Part shown: one piece after another, positions 13,234 to 25,567 of the stretch
How positions within the stretch are numbered: the first letter of the stretch is position 1
Layout of the letters: each line of letters opens with the position of its first letter
Assembly (NCBI GenBank): GCA_951406725.2
Contig: OX597823.1
Span: forward strand, 61,442,001-61,506,000
Source: Octopus vulgaris
Taxonomy: Eukaryota
Direction: 5' to 3'
Length of the DNA: 64,000 nucleotides
Notes under the pieces: generated by a model
Told to the model about the DNA's origin: nothing
Database searches by the model: none
Seen by the model: the letters and a program-made list of their open reading frames with translations, nothing else
Program-made: the position numbers and the translations under genes

Positions 13234-13432
13234 CATTCTACTAAAGGCACAAGGCCTAAAATTTGGGTGGAATGTACTAGTCGATTACATCGACCCCAGT
13301 GCTCAACTGGTACTTATTTTATCTACCCCAATAAAAAGAAAGAAAAGGCAAAATTGACCTCAGCAGAATTTGAACTCTGAAATGTAAAGCTGGAAGAAAT
13401 ATTATGAAGCATTTTGTCTGGTGTGCTAATGA
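13234..13432 (-). mobile_element. SINE family B
   Basis: GTCGATTACATCGACCCCAGTGCTCAACTGGTACTTATTTT block. Confidence 0.75.
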
Positions 13433-13443
13433 TTATATTATAA

Positions 13444-13560
13444 TACAAGGGTAATCCCAAAAGTAAGGTCTCCAAAGCACTGTGATATTACACATCCAGT
13501 AGATCAAACTTGCTATGTTTCTTTCCAACTTTCACACATCCTTTGTGTACCCAGGTTTAC
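13444..13560 (+). mobile_element. Mariner-like terminal repeat remnant
   Basis: TACAAGGGTAATCCCAAAAGTAAGGTCTCC resembles TA|CGAGGG... mariner termini. No partner end was seen. Confidence 0.4.
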
Positions 13561-14003
13561 AGTTTGTTCTCTTGCATCATACAATTTCCCCTTTGCTTAG
13601 AAAGAGAACCTCCTTGCAGTCAGCAAAGGTGACAGGTGTCTGAATATTTTCTACCCTATTCTAATTTTGGTCCCTATGCTTTCAGCATACCCATCTCCCA
13701 CTGTTGAGTACATCACCAAGGTAGCAAATGCTATCAACAACTTCTATAGATCCTTCTGGGAACCCCTTTACTTGAAATCTTGGCTACATTCATACATGCT
13801 GTACTCTTGCTTTGTAGGGAGATGGAATGGTGATATTCTGGTTTGCCCCCAAGACATTTTCAGCAGATCCCATACCATGCTGATGCACACCATGAAGAAT
13901 TGAGGATCATTTCATAAAGTTGTTAGCAACAACAACACCAGCAACAGCAGCAACAACAACTGAAATAAGACAGCAACTACAACAACAAACATCGTTGAAA
14001 TAT

Positions 14004-14447
14004 TGGTTTGAAAATTTGGACACAAGGCAAGGAATTTTGAGGAAGGTGGGTAAGTTGATTATATTGGCCCCAGTGCTCAGTTGGTACTTTATTTATCGAA
14101 CCTGAAAGATCAAAGGCATAATTGAACCTAATGGCATTTGAATTTAGGAAGTAAAGTCAGAAGAAATGTTGCTATGTGTTTTGTCCAGCACAGTGACAAT
14201 TCTTCCGTCACACTGCCTTACACAATTGAAATATTCTTTTCTACTCCAGGCACAAGGCCCAACATTTTTGGGGAGAGGTCCAGTCAATTAGATCGACCCC
14301 AGTATGCAACTGGAACTTAATTTATTGACCCCAAAAGGATGAAAGGCAAAGCTGACTTCGGTGAAATTTGAACTCAGAACATAAAGACAGACGAAATAGC
14401 ACTAAGCATTTCGCCCAACATGCCAACGTTTTTGCCAGCTCGCCACC
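14004..14447 (-). mobile_element. Two tandem SINE family B copies (14004-14218, 14236-14447)
   Basis: Family B blocks occur twice, separated by TGAAATATT. Confidence 0.8.
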
Positions 14448-14468
14448 TTACACCACTGAAATATTGCA

Positions 14469-14676
14469 GCTAGCATGCTGGGCAAAATGCTTAGTGGTAT
14501 TTCATCTGCCGTTACGTTCTGAGTTCAAATTCCGACGAGGTCAACTTTGCTTTTCATCCTTTCGGAGTCAATTAAATAAGTACCAGTTACACACTGGGGT
14601 CAATCTAATCGACTTAATCCGTTTGTCTGTCCTTGTTTGTTCCCTCTATGTTTAGCCCTTTGTGGGCAATAAAATA
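14469..14676 (+). mobile_element. SINE family B with target-site duplication
   Basis: Flanked by TGAAATATTGCA at about 14457 and 14677. Confidence 0.85.
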
Positions 14677-14795
14677 TGAAATATTGCAATTCAACTAGTA
14701 TTTAATCTACAAATTGTATTTTGAAAGTTTTTCTAATGCTGATGTAATATAGGATTCAACTGTATCATTGTATTTAAAAAAGGAAGAAATAAATA

Positions 14796-14827
<32 letters not shown>

Positions 14828-15348
14828 AAAAAGAACAAGGACCCACATGTCTTAATCAGCTGAAAATAAGCATCTTTCATGTTTCACAATTGAATAAATA
14901 GTTAAATCTGAGTAGAACATTAATTAAAAGACTATAAAATAAAGCAGCTGGAATCGGTGTAATTCACTGTAGAAGCATCTACACCATGCTTCTATGGAGA
15001 AAATAAATATAATGACAATAAAAACACAATAAAAAAAGCATTTCTTTGTTAATTCTCATTTAAAGGTCCGAAAGTATTATTTTATTTTCTTCTCAACTAA
15101 TGGAGTCTTTAGAATAATTAAAAATAAAATTAATAAAATAGGTATTCGTTTATTGTAATAAATGTAATAAAAACAAAATGAACAAAGAAACGGTGGGCGG
15201 CGGGGGAGGCGAAACTGCCAAAAAGTCAAAAAGCAAAAAGCATTTGATAATTATTTCAAAACTAAAGACCGATAAATGTTTAACTTGATATTTATATAAA
15301 CACATTTCCCTCTTTTTTCTTTTTTTTTTTTCTTTATCATCCCTGCAG

Positions 15349-15390
15349 GCATGATGAACTATTTCTTTTATTGAATATAGAATTGCTAAA
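15349..15390 (+). other. Candidate 42-nt internal exon of an unidentified gene
   Basis: Long polypyrimidine tract then CCTGCAG|G acceptor and AA|GTAAGTA donor. One open frame, (x)HDELFLLLNIELL(x), phase 2-2. The peptide is not recognised. Confidence 0.35.
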
Positions 15391-15494
15391 GTAAGTATTA
15401 AAATGGCCGCTAAAGGGAAATTTTAATGTAAACTGACGCTGTTGATTTAACTTGACTAAGTAAATCTCAATAACTTATTTACATAATATAACTT

Positions 15495-15539
15495 TATATA
15501 TATATATATATATATATATAAGATATATAAATATATATG

Positions 15540-15572
<33 letters not shown>

Positions 15573-15651
15573 GTGTGTATATATACATATATATACATAT
15601 ATATATGTATATGTATTTATATGTATGTATATGTATATATATATATGCATG

Positions 15652-15696
<45 letters not shown>

Positions 15697-15703
15697 CACA
15701 CAC

Positions 15704-15744
<41 letters not shown>

Positions 15745-15752
15745 GTGTGTGT
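15495..15752. repeat. (TA)n-rich microsatellite
   Basis: Visible directly. Confidence 0.95.
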
Positions 15753-16669
15753 GTAAAGGTTTTTAATACATATATAATATCTTTGTTCAAATTAATTATA
15801 GCAATTTAATCATATCTTTATTGATATGTTTGCCAACACATTTATTTTCCTTCTATAATATAAAATGAAGAGAGAGAGAGAGAGACAGACAGAGACAGAG
15901 AAAGAGAGAGAGAGACAGAGAAAGAGAGAGAGAGATATTTAGTCAGTATTCGAGTTAATTGAGTAGAATTAACAACGATCTCTTGTAAAACGAGGTGCCT
16001 AGGGGAAAGATGCATTGCCTGCCTCACATACATTATGGTAGACTGTCACAGTTGACTGGTTAATCATTACATACATACACACACACACACACACTCACAG
16101 ACAAACATAAACACACTAATACACACATACACACAGAAAGAAGTTATTTGATGATAACAACAAAAGAAAATACCTTTATTTATGTAGTCTGGATTATCCA
16201 TATGTAATGACCTAAATTGTGTGATAGAAAAGAAAGTAGGGCGGCTCTGATGACAAAAGGACTGGCATGCTGCCAAAGACATGATAGTCTTTTGATACTA
16301 ATGGGACAATGGTGAATGAGATTATTATTGTTACTGACAGGGGAAATGGTGGATGTCAGAATTGGACAGGGATGGGGGTTGTTTTTTGTGACAAAATGCC
16401 TTGATGCACTTAGTTACTTTTCCATCATATATTCTGCTGTATTTAATCAACCACTGGGGTCAATCAGTCAGTCAACTTTGTCTTTCATCACTCAAGGGTC
16501 AATAAATTAAGAACCAGTAGTATACTGATCGATCAGTTATTTATTTAATTGACATGGAATTATGCCGATGTACAATATTCTTATTAGCATTAATAGAAGG
16601 AAAGTGGAAAATTGACTGAATCGGCATGGCATTGGATGAAATGGTTAGTCAACATTACTCTATAAGGAG

Positions 16670-16880
16670 CAGAAGGATGGTTTCCTGGTTGTTATAGTGT
16701 ATGTATTCCTCCTTGAATGGGACACCAGTCCATCGCAGGGTTACTTATTTTTGCTAATTGAGTTAACTGGAGCAATGTAAAATGAAGTATTTTGCTCAAG
16801 AACACAACACATCACTCAGTCAAGGAATCGAAACTACAATCTTAGGATCATGAGTCCAACACCCTAACCACTAAGCCACA
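16670..16880 (-). mobile_element. tRNA-derived SINE (family F)
   Basis: Minus strand GTGGCTTAGTGGTTAGGGTGTTGGACTCATG...GTTTCGATTCC...ACCCTGCGATGGACTGGTGTCCC. Related copy at about 44050-44260. Confidence 0.7.
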
Positions 16881-16927
16881 ACTGGATGAAATGCCTAGTA
16901 GTATTTGTTCCATCTGATTCTCAGTGT

Positions 16928-17198
16928 TCATCATCATTACCATCATCATTTAGCCTCTGTTTTCCATGCTGCCATGGTTTAGATCGTTTGACTGGAACTG
17001 CTAACCTGGAGAGCTGCACCAGGTTCCAGTCTGATTTGGCTTAGTTTCTACAATTTGATGCCCTTCCTAACACCAACCACTCCAAGAGTATAATGGGTGC
17101 TTTTTATGTGCTACTAGCATGGGAGCTTTTATGTGCCACTGGCACGGGTGCCAGTTATGTGACACCTGCATCAGCCATGACTACGATTTCACCTGGCC
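16928..17198 (-). mobile_element. RTE-tailed SINE family E, nested in a family B copy
   Basis: (CAT)n plus TTTTCCATGCTG and GATGCCCTTCCTAACACCAACC. Family B sequence lies on both sides (16882-16927, 17199-17265). Confidence 0.7.
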
Positions 17199-17459
17199 AA
17201 GTTCAAATTCTGCTGGGGGTCAACTTTGCCATTCATCCTTTTAAAGTCAATAAAGTATCAATCAGGTTACTTCTCTGGTACTATGGACGTGTGAATAAAA
17301 TGCCACAGGAAAGAATTGTAAGATGGATTCAGGCAAAGGACCAAGAGTAGACCAAGGATGACATGGTTGGATAATATCCATGGTTTTAATTGGTCATATT
17401 TTGAGAATCCAGCCAGAAAGTTCAATTATGCTTGCTTTTGGTAGGACTCTGTAGAGAAG

Positions 17460-17649
17460 GTGCTTATTTATTCCATTGTTTTGAATTAATTATGCATTAG
17501 CACAGGGCTTTGAGACTTCAATGATGCAATTGTTTATTCTTAAAATGACATTGTTGAGTAAGTGAGAGGGGCCAGATCTGACCAATTTGAACATGAAACA
17601 GGTGGAATATCTGAGCTGGATATGACAGGTTTAAATGCTAAAGGGTTAA
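17460..17649 (+). mobile_element. Partial piggyBac-type MITE
   Basis: Homologous to 49136-49354. Ends CTAAAGGG|TTAA. Confidence 0.65.
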
Positions 17650-18266
17650 AATTAGAAACAGTCTTAATTGATTTATTAACTTAATTGGAGTCTCATCAGA
17701 GATGCCTACATCACTCCAGAATTATATCTAATTTGATCCTTAATATTCACTGTACCAAATATGTTAACATGGACTTAGCAATTACAAGAGCTATTATCAT
17801 TCTTTCCACTTCTCCTTTTTCAACAAACATGCTCCATCTCAGTATTTCAAAAAAGACAAAGTCTAATACAAAGCAAACACACACAAAAAAAAAAATTAAA
17901 AATCATTATATGGCTTCCACAGAACCCAAATATTCTAGAGATTATATTTTCCTACTTCACTCAGAGGAGGCTTTTTTTATTATTGCCTTTCAAAGCTGAC
18001 GGGGAAAACGATGTTGCACGTGAAATTAGAAATGAGTAAAATATTCAACTGTGTTTTTAGCTTGAGAACCTTCTAGCTATGCTGTTTGTCTGTGGTTTCC
18101 ATTTGTTTCACATGGATTAGAAGTTTCCTGCTAGACATCTTCACATTGCATCATGTGTTAATGGAAATCTCTTGAGTCAGCATTAAATCTGTGCGTGTGT
18201 ATAAACACACACACTCATGTATAAATCTGTAACCATGAACCTGACAAAATATATTTTATTTTGCCT

Positions 18267-18309
<43 letters not shown>

Positions 18310-18316
18310 ATATATA

Positions 18317-18533
18317 TACTCTTTTACTCTTTTACTTGTTTCAGTCATTTGACTGTGGCCATGCTGGAGCACCGCCTTTTGTCAAGTAAATCGACCCCAG
18401 GACTTATTCTTTGTAAGCCTAGTACTTATTCTATTGGTTACTTTTGCCGAACCACTAAGTTACAGGGACGTAAACACACCAGCATCAGTTGTCAAGCAAT
18501 GTAGGGGGGACAAACGCACAAACATATACACAC

Positions 18534-18596
<63 letters not shown>

Positions 18597-18743
18597 AATA
18601 TATACGACGGGCTTCTTTCAGTTTCCGTCTACCAAATCCACTCACAAGGATTTGGTCAACCCGGGGCTATAGTAGAAGATACTTGCCGAAGGTGCCATGC
18701 AGTGGGAATGAACCTGGAACCAGAATTTGGTAAGCAAGCTACT
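18317..18743 (-). mobile_element. SINE family A
   Basis: High similarity to 5266-5703. Confidence 0.85.
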
Positions 18744-19117
18744 ACATCATTTATAGCAACTACATTTTGGGAAAGCCCTTTAATAACACAACAAAGCTGT
18801 TGAATTCACTTTAAATTCAAATATATTTCAGGAGGTATCAGAGAATTTAACAGCTTTGTGCTTATTCAGAGGCTCCCCCATGATATGGTTGATTTAATTC
18901 CAACACAGAGTATCAAATCAACCCATTTGCTTGATAATTCCAAAACACACACACACACACACACACACTCAAGGCTACTCATTTAAGGCTGTTTTGGGGC
19001 TAAACAACAGCAACAACTAAATTGTAGAACACATGAGTAAAAAGCAATCAGAGTGATTGGCAAAGAATTCCTGACACACAACAATCAGTTGCTTATAAAT
19101 ATGTATTCTGTCAGTAA

Positions 19118-19153
<36 letters not shown>

Positions 19154-19263
19154 CTCTCTCTGTTTCTCCCCATCTCTTTCTCTTCCTCTTCTCTTTTTCT
19201 CCCTTCTCTCTCTCTCTCCTTCCTCCTTTCTCTCCCCCTTCCTCCTTTCCCTCTCTCTTCCTC

Positions 19264-19300
<37 letters not shown>

Positions 19301-20048
19301 AATCCAAATGGAAGCCCACATTATCCACACATGCTTTGCTGCTATCTGGTTTCAGGTTCAGTCCCACTCCATGGCATCTTAAGCAAGCATCTTCTACCAT
19401 AGCCTTGGGTTGGCCAAAGAGCTGTGGAAGAAATTTAGTACATGGACACTGAGTGAAAATATGTAGCAAAGATTCTATATGTTCTCAAATGGCAATCTTA
19501 ATTCATCACCCAGTTTAGCATTACCAGTAGGCCACTTTTTGATGTCTTAAGCATGAAAATATTCACCTAATGTAAGTAACTTCTTCCTTCTCTTCTATCA
19601 ATCACAGAAGCCCTTAAAAGAGTAATGCAAATTGCCCTTCGTCTAAATGAACAATTACAAAGTATGAAAAATAAAGAGAAACCTTTTATCTATATATCAT
19701 ACAAGGATTGCAACCCTCTAGAACCAGTTGCCTAAACCTCATCAGCATCATTATCATCATCGTTGTTTAATGATCATCTTCCATGCTAGCATGGGTGGGA
19801 CAAACATGTTTTTCTCATTAGTATAAAACTGCTGAGGTTCAAGCTAAAAGAGAACCATGTCAACTTCTGCATTTGAGAGAGCTTGCAAACATCATGGGAT
19901 CTACTTTATTCTTTCTCTGATTAAATAATCTATTAATTACAATTTGTGGTGTGGTTTCCTCTATTCATATCTGAAAGAGAGAAACTGCTTACACAATTGG
20001 ATTTATTTCCTTTGGTTACCATATTCTTACAGTGTCATCCATCACAGT

Positions 20049-20442
20049 GGAGGTGCAATGGCCCAGTGGTTAGGGCAGCAGATTTGCGGTCATAGGATCA
20101 GAGTTTTGATTCCCAGGCCGCGCGTTGTGAGTGTTTATTGAGTTAAAACACCTAAAGCTCCATGAGACTTCGGCAGTGGGTGGTGGCAAACCCTGCCGTA
20201 CTCTTTCACCACAACTTTCTCTCACTCTTTCTTCCTGTTTCTGTTGTACCTGTATTTCAAAGGGCCAGCCTTGTTACACTCTATGTCATGCTGAATGTCC
20301 CCAAGAACTACGTTAAGGGTACTTGTGTCTATAGAGTGCTCAGCCACTTGCACATTAATTTCATGAGCAGGCTGTTCTGTTGATCAGATCAACTGGAACC
20401 CTTGTCGTCATAACCAATGGAGTGTCACGATGACGACAACAA
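20049..20442 (+). mobile_element. tRNA-derived SINE family C
   Basis: A box TGGCCCAGTGG, B-box-like GTTTTGATTCC, short repeat tail. Confidence 0.65.
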
Positions 20443-20541
20443 GTTTATCACATGACAGGTAATGCTTGTATCATATTTTTGCCACGGTCAGTAGTATCAA
20501 GTAATATCACATCTATATTAATTCTTTCTACTATAGGCTCA

Positions 20542-20745
20542 GTGAAGGCATGTGGCCTAGTGGTTAGGCTGTTGCACTCATGATTGCTAAATCGTGGGTT
20601 CGATTCCCAGATTAGGCAGTGTATGTGTTCTTGGTCTGCTTGCCTAGCCAGTGGGGTGGTGTCATTCAAGGGCTAAAATGATACAAAATACATTGTGACC
20701 AGCGATATGTAACAGCATCTGATAGCATGTTCAGTCACGTGATTG
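20542..20745 (+). mobile_element. tRNA-derived SINE family D, internally deleted
   Basis: A box TGGCCTAGTGG, B box GGTTCGATTCCC. Confidence 0.65.
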
Positions 20746-20747
20746 TG

Positions 20748-21378
20748 ACTATAGGTACAAGGCCTGAAATTTTGGGTAAGAGGCTAGTTAATTACATCAA
20801 CCTTAGTGTCCAACTGGTACTTATTTTATTGACCCTGAAAAGATGAAAGGCAAAGTCAACCTCAGCAGGATTTGAACCCAGAACATAAAGAGTTAGAAGA
20901 AATGCTACTAGACATTTTATCCTGCGTGCTAATGATTCTGCTAGCTCACCACCTACTGCAATATGTAATAATTATTTCAAAATTTTTTGCCACTAGGGCA
21001 GATTGGGGGTGGGGATGAGGTGGGGATGAGATGATCACATCGACCCCAGTGTTCAACTGGTACATATTTTATCGATCCCAAAAGGATGAAAGGTAAAGTT
21101 GATCTCGGCGGAATTTGAACTCAGAATGTAGCAATGGTAGGAATACCTATTTCTTTATTACCCACAAGGGGCTAAACATAGAGGGGACAAACAAGGACAG
21201 ACATAGGTATTAAGTCGATTACATCGACCCCAGTGCGTAACTGGTACTTATTTAATCGATCCCAAAAGGATGAAAGGCAAAGTCGACCTTGGTGGAATTT
21301 GAACTTAGAACGTAAGGGCAGACGAAATACCGCTAAGCATTTCGCCCGGCGTGCTAATGTTTCTGCCAGCTCGCTGCC
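20748..21378 (-). mobile_element. Three tandem SINE family B copies
   Basis: Family B blocks at about 20748-20953, 20975-21135 and 21149-21378. Confidence 0.85.
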
Positions 21379-23075
21379 GTATTGCAATCTGAAAATAAAA
21401 CTTGATTTGACAGTTTAACATTATTATTGTTGTTGGTAGCATATATTTATTACAAATATACGAATAAAATATTCAATTTTAGTTTCATTTTCAAAATTAG
21501 TATTATTTCATCTGTTATTTTTGTATAAGCATCATGAAATTTTAAAAATTAAAACTGCAATTATTGTGTTTATATAACATTACCCTCAGAGGCAAAACTA
21601 TGTTCCCAGTGTTGCCATCATACAATTGACATCACAATAGCTATTTAATATATCAACAAAAAAAAAAAGGCAGCTTCCTCTATCTCAAACTGCATTCTGA
21701 CACCTCCTTTGTATCCGACCTTGTTGATTCAAATTGGATCTCCAGAATTATGCTCAGGTCTTATAAGGGTTTTTAGAATATATTTGATAACTAACAAAAA
21801 GAATTCCTGAACTGATTAATGGAAGTCACACTAGATGAAAGCATTATCATGCCCAAAAATATTCAATAAAATTTTCACTTGTCTGCAATAATTCAGCACT
21901 GTTAAATGACATTTAACACCATATTTCTTCTCTTCGTCATAGAAACAGTTTTTTGTTTTCCTTCCTTTTAAAGTCAAATATCTAACAACATGCATTGCAA
22001 CTAGTATGCTCGACAAAACAAACATGTAAAATTAGAATGATTTAATTAGCTGATCTCTAACTTAACACTTCATAGAAAATATCATTTTGCTAAAAAAATA
22101 TTTTTTTCTTTTCAAATTCATGAGTTCTTTAAAAATGGCAAATATATTCCCTGAATGCAGAAAATTATACTCAGTTATTGATAGCAATTGAATGGTGTAG
22201 TTACTTGACAATGTCTAGCTTTAGTTTGATTAGTGTGTATTGTAAATTGTAAAGTGATTCTAGTTAGTTTGTTGAACAATTTAGATGGCATTTACTGTTT
22301 GAGTTCTTTGGCTATAACTAATTGTTAATATAACACAGTTGTCTGGCTGTACCATAGATAAAGGCCTATAAATGTATATTTAACGACTGGAAAAGCATTC
22401 TGTTGCTAGTAGATTCTAGAATCTATCTGTCTGGGCTTTTTTTCAATAATCTGGTTATCAGTTCTTACAAGAGTAATGATATCCTAATAGGAATAATAAA
22501 GTTTAGTGAATAGAATGCAGTTTTCTTTTAATTAACGAGAGGAAACATGAACTGGCTGAAGGCTTAAATAAACTGAGTGAAGCAGACACAAATAATTGAC
22601 TAACCTGAAAGCAAAGGAAGCCTTCCATAAGATACACAGAAACATATCTGCAATAAATAAGGGGAAATGTATGTAAAACTGAATGTAAGTAGGCAATGTC
22701 AATGGAAATCCTTCAGTAAACACAGACAATATCTGTAAACATGAATGCAAGTGGTTGGCTTAGACAGAATAAATAATTACATTAGTAAAACCAACATACT
22801 AATGAAGCAGTTGCCTGGAGAAGTTCCTGGTAGTAGGAGTGCAGGAATGGGAGTGGTGGGGGAAGCATTGCTTTGTTAGCATGCTAAGTAAAGTATAACT
22901 AACATTACTTGTGATATATTGATATATTTCTAGATATGACTGAAAGAACAAAGTTGTATTTATTTAATATTTGAAAATAACTGGATGACTTTTGTTAAAG
23001 CATTTTAAGTATTTATAACAACAGCTTTTTGGTTCTTTATTCCATAGTAATTACCAATCAAAACCACGCATGCAT

Positions 23076-23125
<50 letters not shown>

Positions 23126-23469
23126 CATGGTAATAGCTTTGGTTTTCTTTAACTCTTACAATCTTATCCCTCAGGATTACTGAAACTTGTTAATAGCTTT
23201 ATAATTCAACGAGATTTCCTCATGAATTTGATATTATAATTAAACTCTATTTTTCTCTTTGAGTTAGCCTGCTTGATATTGAAAATATTTTACTTGCTAA
23301 TTTGATACTAGTATATTATTAGCTTCCTTGATATCATGGATATGTATTTGATATGACTGTTATCGTGGACAAAGATCTTGAAATCAATACAGAAACTTAT
23401 GAATATTAGTTGCAGCCTGGATTAAACAGCAAGCGAAGAACAACAAAAGAAAAACTGCTCTTCGCATAG

Positions 23470-23880
23470 CCACCAGTACCACTGCAGCACCCCACCTGCC
23501 ACCACCACCACCACCACCACCACCACCATCACTACCGCCATCATCACCACTAATAACACCATAATCACTACCCACCACCACCACCACCACCATCACCACC
23601 ATCACTACCACCATCATCACCACTAGTAACACCATAATCACTACCCGCCACCATGACCACCACCACCACCACCACCACCACCATCACCACCACCACCATC
23701 ACACCACCACCATCACCACCACCACCACCACCACCACCACCACCACCACCACCACCACCACCACCATCACCACCACCACCACCACCATCACCACCACCAC
23801 CCACCACCACCACCACCACCACCACCACCACCACCACCACCACCACCACCACCACCACCACCACCACCACCTCTGCCATC
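23470..23880. repeat. (CAC)n microsatellite
   Basis: Visible directly. Confidence 0.95.
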
Positions 23881-24598
23881 ATTCTTTACTCTCTCTATCA
23901 GTGATGGAATAAAAACTGGTTCTTCCTTTCTTTTGGTTTTATGAGATCAAATGATTAAGAAAGAAGCCTCGGAAGAATAAAGAAAAAAAAATAAACATGA
24001 TATGGAATGCATTGAAATTTTGTTCAAGTTTTGTCCAAGTAATGAACAAACATGCAAAGAAAACAATGGCACAGTACCGCTCTTATTGTCTTCTGTGTGG
24101 CATGATTTCTAAAGTGGTACTAGTGAATGTTTAGTAATTAAATTGTTTATCCACTACCAAAAATAAATAAATAAATAAATGAAAAATAAAAATATAAATA
24201 TAAATGCATAAAAAAAAACAAAAAAAAAATAAAATAAATAAAAGAAGCCTTCCCCAAAAGTGGTAATTATTTCATGGCTTTCCCAAGTTGGAAATGATCC
24301 TATTTTGACAAGATATTTTTCCAGCTTGTGACCTACCAGCAGACAAAACAAGATCTGATCAATACCTTCTACTGATGCTACTAGTATTCGCCACCACCCC
24401 CACCCCCACCCCCACCCCACCTCCAACCTCCCCCACTAGATCTCACAAAACTTGATGCTGTTGCCCCTCCCATTAATGGCTCAATCAGCACACTCGTTTT
24501 CTGGTGATACCAAATAATTACGCTGCAACATTCCACTCTTTAATGTTCTTTTAGGTTTGTTATTTATATGACCGAACCGAACTGACTGTCTCACTGTC

Positions 24599-24649
<51 letters not shown>

Positions 24650-24859
24650 TACATAAGTGTGTAGTTGCGTGCATGTGTGCATATGTGTGTGTGTGTGTGG
24701 TGAGGTTTGTTGCTGTTGTTGGTGGTGGTGGTGCAGGTGGTGGCTTAGGTGATGTTGGTGAATGGATGAATGCGAATGTGTTTTCTGTGATCAAGTATCT
24801 TTGACTCATTATAGCTTCCTTTCAACAAGTAACCAACTCTCTGACTATTAACTACTACA

Positions 24860-24863
24860 TATG

Positions 24864-24899
<36 letters not shown>

Positions 24900-25072
24900 G
24901 TATATATATATATATATATATGCATGTATGTATATACATGTGTGTTATATGTATATGCATATATACATATGTATGTATGTATGTATACATATATACATAT
25001 GTATGTATATATATGTATGTATACATATATACATATGTATGTATGTATGTATATGTATGTATACATATATAC

Positions 25073-25103
<31 letters not shown>

Positions 25104-25123
25104 TACATATATACATATGTATG

Positions 25124-25161
<38 letters not shown>

Positions 25162-25257
25162 TGTATGTGTATGTATGTATGTATACATATATGCACATAT
25201 ATGTATACATATATACATATGTATATATATATATGTATGTATATCACTCTCTCACTC

Positions 25258-25295
<38 letters not shown>

Positions 25296-25372
25296 CATAT
25301 ATATATATGCATAAAAAGTGAGAGAGAGAGACACAGAGAGAGAGAGAAAGAGAAAAAGAGAGAGAGAGAGAG
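24860..25372. repeat. (TA)/(TATG)/(CT)/(GA) compound microsatellite
   Basis: Visible directly. Confidence 0.95.
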
Positions 25373-25567
25373 ATGGTGGGGAAATGTATAAATATAGATA
25401 TGTATATTACATACACGGATATTTTATTGGAGGCAATTTTCTTCACTTATTGATTTTGATATTTAGAAGTACTGTTTCAAACATAGGGTAACAGTATCTG
25501 TGCTGGAGTTAGAGAAGTGTTTATTTAAAACAAACATTATTTAGAAAATGGTCTATTGATCCTGCTT

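Noticed and set aside
17996-18040. Possible exon encoding DGENDVAREIRN
   Set aside because: Weak AAAG acceptor and GTAAAA donor, with no supporting evidence.
24745-25446. Numerous [12 protein letters not shown] ORFs here and throughout the window
   Set aside because: Translations of dinucleotide and tetranucleotide microsatellites.
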